Made by a program: the position numbers and the translations under genes. 64,000 nucleotides of DNA, from the NCBI GenBank assembly GCA_046563655.1, contig CM102289.1, positions 3,906,001 to 3,970,000 on the forward strand, in the 5' to 3' direction. Positions 25,259-35,933 of the stretch are shown piece after piece (position 1 is the first letter of the stretch; each line of letters begins with the position of its first letter). The stretch comes from Yuukianura sp. NJ FZ-2021. Lineage: Eukaryota. The notes below the pieces were generated by a model. That model ran no database searches and had not been told where the DNA came from. It was given only the letters and a program-made list of their open reading frames with translations.

Positions 25259-25743
25259 ATGGTAAGTTACTCTTCCTTAAATATTAATGAAACGTACTAA
25301 AATCATCACGGAATTCGTATAATTTAGGACAAACAAAATACTCCGCCCGTTCCAGTTCCTGAGCCCGCCAGTAAGCTTGACTCAAATATGTCGGAAAAAT
25401 TATTTAGGTGTAAATTTTCAATTCTTTAAGCAAATTTTTGTTAGTTTCCGTTACGACATTTCAGGAAGACCTTCTTTCGTCTATGCTGATGCCAAGCGCA
25501 TGTCGTTTAGCTCGCAAGACCCAATTTATGACTACAAGACTTCTCCGTCACTTTCATCGTTTTTGGGAACTCGCGGAATAGTCAAACCAGAAGGTATAAT
25601 ACACAGCCTTTTCTGGAATCAAAAATTTCAAATTGTAGCAAACTAGTAACAATGTTTGTGTTCCAGGAGATTCAATGGCTTCCGCTACGCGGCGGGTTAG
25701 TTTGAAAAATATGGCCGTCTTTTCGGATTTTAGCACTGAATGA
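25259..25743 (+). CDS. Uncharacterised 83-aa microprotein, copy 2; exons 25259-25261, 25328-25370, 25465-25593, 25667-25743
   Basis: Splices to MDKQNTPPVPVPEPARRPSFVYADAKRMSFSSQDPIYDYKTSPSLSSFLGTRGIVKPEGDSMASATRRVSLKNMAVFSDFSTE*. All introns GT-AG; TATA and AATAAA present. Confidence 0.85.
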
Positions 25744-26262
25744 ACATCATTTTCAGTTCTTTTTTTCTATCCGCTTTTGGCCTATTTAATTTCGATGGTT
25801 GGCTTTAGTAATTTATTAGTTAACATTTAAAATGGATTAATCTCATAATAAACATTATAGTGATTGAGGAAGTCATTGCACGACATTTCGTGGTTTCTTT
25901 ACCTTTAAGTGCCGTTACTGTAACTTAAGTATTTTGTGCACGTTACTTTAAGAGCGAGTAAAAGAATAGACTAATCGTAGCTGAACTGAATTTAATCTTT
26001 CAATTTCAAGCTCAACACTAAAAAGTGCGCCATGGTGAAAACTTTTCTTTTTCTAGCATTTGCAAAGCAATGGAATTTATTCAGATACATACAGTGTTTT
26101 TATGTTTCGCTACTGAAAGAATCTTTAGAGAAGATCAAAAACTGAGTTAGTATGTTCTTTCATAAATAATTTATGTTTCTAAAGTTATTAAGCCCATAAT
26201 TATTCAAATCACACATTGTTCGTAGCAGTTTTTCTTATAGAAATAGAACTATTGCAAGATTC

Positions 26263-27417
26263 TCACTCCGCGTCGTCATCAGCAGCACCTTCTCCCTTGA
26301 GAGCGATGACCCACCCTGACCTTGGCTGAAGCGAATCCCCACCTTCCCCTATTTCCATGCCCATTGACCCCGCCAACATCACCGTCTTGTATTCTTTTCC
26401 ATTGTCATCCACTATGACATCCACTTCAACAATTCCCGGTGGAATGTCATTTGTATCAACGAGTGCCCACTCCTTGTCTTCCTGGAAGTCTCCTTGGAGT
26501 TTCCCGTCTTTGTCAAAAAGACAAAAGTTCGTGATCCACCCACTGAGGTAAGTGGGGCCAGAGCCACCGCCCTCATAGTGACAGATTCGATTCCAGAATT
26601 CCTTATTGGCATTCCCACGTTTTGCATTGACAAATTCGTCTAGTACTGGCTTCAGCATCTTTCCCCAATCCTTGAGTCTGTAAGTATCCAACTTGTCCAG
26701 TCGACGACGAATGTTTTCCCAGTCTTCAACAGTACCATCCAAAGTGACTGTTGGAATTCCGCAGCACAGGCAGAACTTGTAATCGAAATACTTTTTCATC
26801 GCGGCCATAAACACGACACCGGAGGTCACGAGGTCATCTTTAGTAGTTGTTGAGAAATTGGGCATAATCCAGCCCCGAACTTCAGGATCAACCAAATTTT
26901 TGTCTATTTCTTTCTCCATTTGACCCACGAGATCGCTATACGAAACGCTAAACAGGGTTCCTGTAAACATAAATTCTCGGTTCAATTTTGAAATTCAAAA
27001 TTACAATTTTGAAAAGAATTAAAAAAAAGTACCAGTTGTGTAAACTGTCAGTTGTTTTTTTCCTTGGAAACTGACAAACTTGCTTCTAAATTCCTCTGCC
27101 CTTGCATTTAGATAGAACGAAAACTGGGTCATGATGGAAAGCCAGACGTCATCGGGACGGAGGATAAGATGGTGATGTTCATTGTAAGCCTTGGTAACGG
27201 CATCTACGAATCCATTGTTGGCTGGAATAATGTTTTTGCTGGGGAAAGTCGTTCCTTGGATAATTTCACCGCATTTAGCCTGTTGATAAATTTTTAGCTG
27301 TAGAGCGACGTGTCCAGTTCCTTCTTTTGATCGATGCAAGTCTACCCTCTTTGCATCCACGTCTGAGACATTGAATGTCGTTAGATATGGTTCCTGCTTA
27401 GCCACCTTTGTTTCCAT
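26263..27417 (-). CDS. DUF4419 domain protein; exons 27417-27033, 26960-26263
   Basis: NGFVDAVTKAYNEHHHLILRPDDVWLSIMTQF, PNFSTTT, CGIPTVTLDGTVEDW, GGSGPTYLSGWITNF match DUF4419; one 72-bp GT-AG intron joins the two ORFs in frame. Confidence 0.88.
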
Positions 27418-27833
27418 CTTAACACACAAAATTTAGGGCGTAAAGTTGCTGAAACTGTTCTGTTATGAGTTTGTTTTGATGCGACTCTTTAAATAAACTT
27501 CCACTGTGTATGGTGTTTAACAAGTATTGCAGAAAACGAAAATCAGACGAGCACAACTTACGTGTTGCTTTTGGAACTAAAAAATACTGGAATATATTAC
27601 AGCAAAAAATGAATCACACAAGGTCTGTATAGAAACTACAAAAACGAAAATGAACAGGAACACCGTATAGCGAAAGCGATGCAGAGTAGAATCCTATGCA
27701 ATTCATATTACAATATTACATATTCACATAGCAGATGGTGCTGAAGGCTATAGTATAGTATACTCAAGTGAAAAATGAGTCATGCATTTCTGCAAAATCG
27801 AATTTCCATTGAGAAAGGCAACTGTACGACCTA

Positions 27834-28476
27834 CCGAGTGGAAAATAATTCCTTTCCAAGCCATGTATAAGAACGCGACGGAGTTGGGCGGAGTTTGGAT
27901 GGCGGGAACCGAAAATTTGAACGGTTGACTTTCCGCTGAGGTGACAAAAGTGTTCACATCTGGTCTTGTTTATTCTCATCCTTTCACTCATTCTTTTACT
28001 TCACTCTCGTTAATTGTTTTAACAATTAACGTCATTAATGAATCCTTTAAACCCTACTAGAGTGAGCTTTAGTGTGCAGCAGCGAGCCTTTATAGTCTAA
28101 ACTTACCACACACACACACAGAGATTGTAATTTTTAATCTTTAATCTACCAGGAGTACCGCACAACTTAATTGGCTTCATCATTCCACACAATCCTGTGA
28201 GACAAAGACAAAGACTCCTAAGGCTCGCTGCTGCACACTAAAGCTCACTCTAGTAGGGTTTAAAGGATTCATTAATGACGTTAATTGTTAAAACAATTAA
28301 CTAGAGTCAAGTAAAAGAATGAGTGAAAGGATGAGAATAAACAAGACCAGATGTGAACACTTTTGTCACCTCAGCGGAAAGTCAACCGTTCAAATTTTCG
28401 GTTCCCGCCATCCAAACTCCGCCCGACTCCGTCGCGTTCTTATACATGGCTTGGAAAGGAATTATTTTCCACTCGG
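27834..28476. mobile_element. 643-bp foldback element with 257-bp TIRs and TA flanks (Tc1/mariner/pogo-type MITE candidate)
   Basis: 27834-28090 is a near-perfect reverse complement of 28220-28476; 129-bp spacer; TA|CCGAGTGG...CCACTCGG|TA. Confidence 0.88.
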
Positions 28477-29234
28477 TAAATCATCTCCAGGTCATATTTA
28501 TTCATGGACTTGTGGTTTGGGACTGAATTTATGCAACCGTCGTGTTTTTTATTAGGGCACTGAGAAATTTCCAACGTAAGCTATAATTGTTCACAAATTT
28601 AGTATTTATTTTTAAATCAACTAATTAATAACTGAATTAATAAGTTACATTTTAGTAATTCAAGCGCATTCAAAAATTGGAACTGCAAATCTTAGCTCTT
28701 AAAAGTTTTGATTTTTACTAAAAATATAGTAAAGTTGCAAGCATACGCCTTGCTATCTTCAAAGGAAATGGAAGATGAAACAAGTCAACGCTACTCCTAG
28801 TACTACGATTCTATCGAAATATTTGCATAACGAATTGAATGAATGGAGACGTATCGAATGAATTCCGGATTCTACCAGTACGTGCTAACAACGTTTACTG
28901 CCAATTACAAAACCGCACGCAATCATATTCTCTCTGAAGCTCCGGGTATGCTTTCCGTGACATTGTCGATTTTCAAACATCGGCAATGCAGCAAACGGTC
29001 GCCAGATTTATGTCGAACTTTTTGTTGCACCCGTGTAACTAACCACAATTAAATTTTCCAGATGACATCGTAGTTTCATCAGCTTCTGGACTGACGAGTC
29101 AAAATCACAAGCTTTTATCTAATGAAAGTGGGTGTAAGCTTTCACTCGCACAGTGAAAATAATAATCGATTTCATTTTTCATTTTGCTCATTACCTCAGG
29201 GAAAAGACCCCACATCGCCTTCAAGCCTAAAGTT

Positions 29235-30116
29235 CAATACGCCGGAAAGTACGAAAGTAGCGTGAGATGGCGCTGCATTCGCCGGACTGCTGTTCAGAAC
29301 AGGACTTCATGGTTAGCCATATTATAATTCTGAACGAAAAATAAAGAAGGTTGACCTTTGGCACAGAAGAAGGTCCCAGTCACATACCATGCACAAAAGT
29401 TGTTGACCTGGATGACAGGTTCCAGGTCATAGCCGCCAATCCAAAAGCGGCCAATCCCATAGGAGCCAATCAATAGCGGCCAATTTCTAAAGCGGCCAAT
29501 CCCTTAGCGGCCAATCCTAAAGCGGCCAATTTCTAAAGCGGCCAATTTCCAAAGGCGCCAATTCCTTAGCCGCCAATCCTAAAGCGGCCAACGTCAATAG
29601 CCGCCAATAGTTAAAGCCGACAAAATTAGAAACTGCTGATTATAACTTAAGGTAATCACCCTACGAAGTAATTCACATTAACGTGACCTAACCAAACCTA
29701 ACCTAGGTTAATCAAGCATAACACAACCTAAATAACCTAACCTGATTAAATTAAAACTCGTTTCTAGTTTTGTCGGCTTTAGAAATTGGCGGCTATTGAC
29801 GTTGGCCGCTTTAGGATTGGCCGCTAAGGAATTGGCGGCTTTAGAAATTGGCCGCTTTAGAAATTGGCCGCTTTAGGATTGGCCGCTAAGGGATTGGCCG
29901 CTTTAGAAATTGGCCGCTATTGATTGGCTCCTATGGGATTGGCCGCTTTTGGATTGGCCGCTATGACCTGCTACGGGATGACATAAACAACATTTGTGTA
30001 TGCTATTTTCCATGTTAACGGGTACAAAACTGGGTAACCAACCTTGACCTTTGGCCCGGCAGACAGACATAGAGACAGACAGACAAGGTCAAACCAACAA
30101 TTAGCTTACGCTACTT
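29235..30116 (-). mobile_element. DINE-1/HINE-like element interrupted by a MITE (left end approximate)
   Basis: Subterminal IR aagtagcgtgag (29255) / cttacgctactt (30105), (agac)n microsatellite, core hairpin acaaaagttgt...acaacatttgt split by the insertion. Confidence 0.7.
29418..29975. mobile_element. 558-bp foldback MITE, ends GGTTCCAGG...CCTGCTACG, 8-bp TSD, arms built of tandem repeats
   Basis: ~210-bp inverted arms (29423-29633 / 29760-29970), each with 12 copies of a ~15-16-bp GCCAAT unit; TSD GGATGACA at 29410-29417 and 29976-29983. Confidence 0.93.
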
Positions 30117-33100
30117 AATAAAGACTCAAGTTAAAAAAAAACTAATGAACTGCGCCCATCTTCAACGATTTCTCCTTAGCTTTCTCATTAGGTTTTCCTA
30201 ATCAAAGCGAATATGGGAGGGGGGGTGAATATCTCGCTTTAGTTTTTGCCAAATTGTTCCCTAATTTAACTCTGCAAATGCAAAAGTAACTAACGAATGA
30301 TATAGTACGAATTCTTTGGCATATTAATTTTTTTGCAAGTCTGGGCGCGCTCTCCAGTGTTCTTGTAAGATGTAGCCTGGAAGCGATCCTCGGGAATTTG
30401 GCGCAGTAGTGTAGTGAAAGATTCAATTCAACCACTAAGGAAGCTATCTGAGGAATTTTCTTTTTTACTGTCAAAAACTACTTGAAACAACTGAGAGCGG
30501 AATTTAAAAATTCGGAAAATAACATCTGTCATTCATCGTTTGTCTACCATCATCACAGTGTCAGTCCCTATTTCTTCCTTTGTCTTACTGTTTTCGTTTT
30601 TCGGTTTTTTTCCCATGAATTCGGTCAAAGCGGGTTGAAAAATAAGACCCTATGGCATTTGAATTTGATTTGGTTGAGTAATTTCCACTTCACCTTGTTC
30701 TCGCTACTGTCGTCTCATGAGATTCTTCCGTATCCACGTCAACGGAACACTTCTTTCATCCGTATTCTTCCACCACTGTCATCTTCCTAGCCGGAAATGT
30801 CAAACCTCCTTTTGTTGAAGGTGGAAAAAAAAAAGAGTTCTCGTTTAAAACATTTTCTGGGAAAACTGAAATCCCAGTTTGGGTCTCCATTCAAAATAAA
30901 ATTCTCTTTGCATTAGGATGTTATATAAAACATCAATCCAATTCCAGCACCTTTTTCTTGTTTTGTCTTTGAAGCTTGAAACGAATTTTGTTTCATGTTG
31001 TGAGTTACGCTGAAATAAACATTCTCCTTTGAATCTATCAACAGCAATTTTATGTTATTCACACCTTCGTTTCATAAGAAACGCTTTAAAACTTCTGGGG
31101 CAATGGAGTTACTATCAAGCTATTTCTCCCCTGCCGTTAAATATTCTTGGTTTTAATTGTAGAGTTCTCGGTTACTAGTTTCGGTAATGTTCCTTGGTCG
31201 CCATCTCATGCTGTTGTTAATTGGGCAACGCTTAGTTAAATTTTCGAGACGCTGAAAGAGGCAGCGCTACAGGCAAAGTCGCAAAGTCAGTTACGGAATC
31301 ATATAATCTGTACTGCGGCCTCACTGGAGGAAACTTGCACCAAAAACAATTTGTTGAGAGAATAATGACGTTGAAGATTGTTTATAAGAAGCTTGGTGGT
31401 CACGTACGGAATCCGGAAGACGCTTTGGAATTCAGGTTATCACTGAAAATCGGTGGCTCTTGGACGAGTATCCCTGTACCGTCGTTCATGAACACGCACT
31501 CTTTTGGCCGTCCAGAATGTTTTTGAGAACGGTAAACTAGTGTTAGGTCTAAAACATTTAACTTTTCAATGAAAAATGAAAAAAACTTGAAAAACTGAAA
31601 AATACATGAATTGAAATAAACCTTTTCAGCTTCTTCAATTTATTTTACTGATAAACTTATAAGATTCTAAATTGCGTAACGCCACTTCTGTGGGGGCAGT
31701 TAGAAAATGAAAGAAAATGCAATAATAATCGTAAAATAAATCAACTTGAAATCTCAAAACTGAAACATTTCAACGAAATATTTCAATTTCTTCACTTTTT
31801 TTTTGGATTTGTTGCAGTGAAATGAAAAAAATATAACCTAGATGACATGAAATTTTAATTTAGTTTCACTTTTTATCAAGTCTTTTCAATTGTTCAATTT
31901 ATTTCAGGTTTTTCAGAGAAATGGAGAAAACCTCTCCACAATGGAATTTATACAACACTGCGGTAAACTTATAGCGATCTCTGGCATGAGTCTGCAAATT
32001 GATAAATACTATCGGTATGATATTAGAAGGAGATGATTCTGAGACCTTGGATTCAGGCCCTGAACTTCAGGGTCGGCATGCTGCGGAATGAACTTCTGTA
32101 ATAAGATTTTTCCAATTGTCTTTTCTGTTTACTCCAGATCTTTGGTGTCTTCGTAGCTGGAGGTGATGGTCATGGGATCAATGAAGGAGAAAATAGGATA
32201 ACAATAATGACACCAGACATCGACTTTGAAAATGTTTCTGCAGCACTGCACACTCTGCTCACCCTGTTTGTTTCCCAATAATAAGTCATCATTCATCAAC
32301 GAGGTAAGCAGAGTTCTTGTTCGGACGTGAAAGTCAAGACAAAGAGAATTTGAATTTTCCTCATTTCCCTGCCCATGCCAAATCCTGGCCTGGCGGGCGT
32401 CCTCGACAGATCAGGACACCTAAATACACTAGTCAAATCTAGTAAGTTCTGCGTTAATGATGTTCTTTGAAGTGAAATTACTTTGCTTTAAAGTTAACTT
32501 TCAGCAGAAGTTTTGCTAAAGTTCTCCTGATTAGTTAAAAGTCATTATCGTGTAACACTTTGTTCAGAATAAGGCTAAGCTTGGAAGAAAAGTTCAAAAA
32601 CCGGAAGTTACTTTTTTCGGTGAAAATGTTTCTAGTTGTTGCTACATTGTAAAATACATGAAGTGAAGTAGAAGCAACTGGCTCTTTCTTGTTGCTCTCG
32701 GATGAAATTAATTTTGGTTTTCCATTTTCATCAACCAATAACAAAACAAGAAAAAATACAACAAAACATCCTTAGAGTTACCGTTTCATTGTAAAATGTA
32801 CACAAAGACAGAGAATTTTGGCGAAAATGCTTTTAAAAAAGGAGAAAGGAAACCACACGATTCTGCTGCATATAAGCCTTTGGTCTAATCAAAAAATGAA
32901 AAACAAAAAAAAGTAATCATGAGAAACGAGAGACATGTAGAAACCCTTTAAAAAGACTGGCGTAGAAATGAGTATTACAGTACAGTGCAGTCCCTTTCTT
33001 TTAGACCGCGCTTTTCACATTTGTAAAAAATTCCAATCGCCTTATGGACGGTTAACATAGAAATGATCAGTTTTTTTTAAATTTTAAATACAAATACAAT

Positions 33101-34096
33101 GGAGAATTCTGCACTGAATCATTCGACGTGGCAATTCGGCCTCAATAATTCTTGGTACGATTACTCCAGGAAAGGAACTAGATGAAATATACTATTTATA
33201 GTTACTTTCTTAACTCTCTCAACTTGCCTTGAGTCAAGTGATTGTTTTGAATTTCTGTTACGAATAACAAAATAATGAAAAAAGTGGTTTTGAAAAGCAA
33301 AGTTTTCCCATGAGCGTCGCAATGAAAGATGAAAAACCACGAGAACCAAAAGTGCCTTCTAAAAAGAGACAAAACATAGCTATTTTTAAGTCCGATTTTT
33401 CTTTCCGAACGAGGTTTTACGACTAATGCAGAGTTTAAATATTCAGTACACTTAGACAAGATTTATTCTAAGTTTTTATGTTTTGTTTTCAAAAATTCAA
33501 GTTTCGTAAGCAAGAAAAATGTTCTTCTACGTTTAAAATATTTTCCTAAAATTTTTCTAAAATGTCTCTTTTTTTTGCTTATGCCGTTTTGCTTCCTAGG
33601 ACAACGGCTGCTGCAAACGTCTCTCGGCCTTATACTACTAAGGCACGACTAAATCTGAAAAGTTATGAGCAATTCGAGCTTTATTTGCCCTGTAGATATT
33701 TGAATTTACCACACACTATTAAAACTATTCTCCTCCTCTACATTATTAGAAAGACAGAATGCAATTTATACTTTTTGAATTTTTTGGAAAATTCCGCGGC
33801 TTCTATTCAGTATTTCTCTGATTTCAATGTGTCTATTTCTCATTATCTAGATCATTTGGTGCGTCGAAGTAAATTATGAAAAAAAAAGGTCCGCGGGATC
33901 CTTGGAAAGTTAGTTCCTGAATCTTGAGGTGGCATTTTTAACAACAGGAAAGTAAAAAAACAACAAAAAGAAACAAATCAAAAATGTCAAAATTGCGTTT
34001 CAGAAATACATGTAAAGAAACTTTTCAAAAGACCTTTACAGACAAAACGACATAGTATTTTTTATCAAAGAAGAAGAATTCTTCTTTCAAAGAAGA

Positions 34097-35140
34097 ATAA
34101 ACCGGTTGTAAACCGCCCATACTGATAATAGCGAAGCAATAGTCCCCCCGAAGGGGGTTTGTTCCCCCCACTTTCCCGCCTCCCCCCCCCCCCCGGGGGG
34201 AGTAAGGGTGTGTTTTCCCCAGTTTCCCGCCCCCACGAGGAGTAGGGGTGTGTTTTCCCGCTTTTTTGCTCCGCACCCCAGGAGGCGCGGGGGTGTGTTT
34301 CCCCCACTTTCCCGCCCCCCCCCCTCGGAGTAGTGGGGGTGTGTTCCCCCCACTTTCCCGCCCCCAGGGGGTTTTGACAGGTCAGACGTGACAGCTGAGG
34401 CGTGACAGGTGACACCCGGCAAGTGACACTTGAGGGTGACAGGTGACACGTGGCACGTGACAGGTGACACCCGGCAAGTGACAGGTGACAGGTGACACCC
34501 GGCAAGTGACAGGTGACAGGTGACAGGTGACACCCGGCAAGTGACAGGTGACAGGTGACACCCGGCAAGTGACAGGTGACAGGTGACACCCGGCAAGTGA
34601 CAGGTGACACCCGATATGTAACAGGTGACACCCGGCAATTAACAGGTAACAGGTGACACCCGCCAGGTGACAGGTGACACCCGGCAATCAACAGGTGACA
34701 GGTGACACCCGGCAAGTGACAGGTGACACACGGTGGACACAGTGCATAAGTGTGTAAAGTGTATATGTCAACTGCGTAATAGATTTTTTGCTAAGCAGAG
34801 AACCAAGTCCCATGCCAATTGCCTTTGCAGTCTCACAAGCAGAGTTTTTGTTACACACACTTGCATTACAAATGACCTTTGAAATCCATTTTGACCCGGA
34901 AGCAGGTGACCTAGGGTCACACATTACACACAAAAGTTGTTCCCCTCGATGAGATGAACAACTTTTGTAGAGGTCATTTTCCATGTTACCTGGGATGAAA
35001 CCGGTTGACCTTGACCTTTGACCCGGAAGGAATTGACACCCGGGGGTCATATTCAATAGTGACCAAGCCCGGGTCATGACATGGTCACTGGTGAAAACCG
35101 GAATCAAATCGGACCAGTAGTTTCTGAGATAATTAATCCG

Positions 35141-35175
<35 letters not shown>

Positions 35176-35235
35176 GGACGGACGGACGGACGGACGGACA
35201 GACAAACCTCTTTTATCATAATAGCTTCGCTATTA
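34097..35235 (-). mobile_element. DINE-1/HINE-like element with central tandem repeats
   Basis: Read on the minus strand: 5' hairpin aatagcgaagctatt, (GTCY)n microsatellite 35142-35203, core atctcagaaactactggtccgatttg, central tandem arrays, 3' subTIR cttcgctatt, 3' stem-loop cggtt-tac-aaccg, T-rich end. Confidence 0.82.
34143..34730. repeat. Compound minisatellite: ~4-5 G/C-run units (ggggtgtgtttcccccactttcccgcccc), then a 7/14-bp array (caggtga / cacccggcaagtga)
   Basis: Directly visible periodicity at 34143-34372 and 34403-34730. Confidence 0.95.
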
Positions 35236-35933
35236 TAATAACGAATTCTTTCGTCGAGAATTCAGTTTTGTATAAGGAACTAGAATGCCGTCGGAAAAGA
35301 TTCTCTTTTATTTTGGAATTTTTATGGGGCAGATTTGGAGTGCCAAATCAGCAGTTGTTGTTGTATTTAAATTAGTAATCTAGATTGAATTTGGATTGCT
35401 ACATCGTAATAAAACAAAAACTTAATCACTAACAGAAGGTTCGGCGCAAACGCAACAAAAAAAGAGTGTAGAGGAACTTCATTGTGTAGGATGAATTTTG
35501 ACTAATTTGAAAGTATATTTTACATTAGTGTTGGTACGTGTAACTTTCTTGGCAGGAAGATCCTTTCATTTTTAACAAAACTTTTACCTCAAATAATGCA
35601 AAAACTTCCTTTCTAAAACTAAGCAGGACTAAAAAGTTGAGGGAAACTCAATTTATTTGGGATTTGCCTTTCCGTTCAAACAGAAAAAGTTTATATTTTT
35701 TGTTTACCTGAAATCTTGAAGTCTTTCTTGGAAGGAAAAATTGTTGAAGGATAAGGAGAAACCTCAAATTCTAACCTAATATGTATAGTTCTTATTCCAT
35801 TTACGCAAAATCACTTCACTCTTTCAGTGAGTAATAAATAATAAGTAAGTGATTTGTACCAGTCGCATTTTGGTACAAAATTCAAAAGCAACTGTTCCCA
35901 ATTTTGCAACAGAGGCAAATTCTAAAATAGAAT

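Noticed and set aside
23708..25736. Minus-strand ORFs containing LKSEKTAI
   Set aside because: Antisense shadows of the plus-strand microprotein genes, which have the TATA, splice and poly(A) signals.
27764..28555. Twin ORFs MSERMRINKTRC on opposite strands
   Set aside because: They are the two arms of the foldback element; no coding evidence.
31160..32445. GC-richer exon-like blocks with splice-like sites
   Set aside because: I could not assemble a consistent reading frame or recognise a domain; possibly a pseudogene or lncRNA but unsupported.
34025..35107. ORFs of 83-216 aa with VTCHL/PGVTC repeats
   Set aside because: Translation artefacts of the tandem arrays and core of the HINE-like element.
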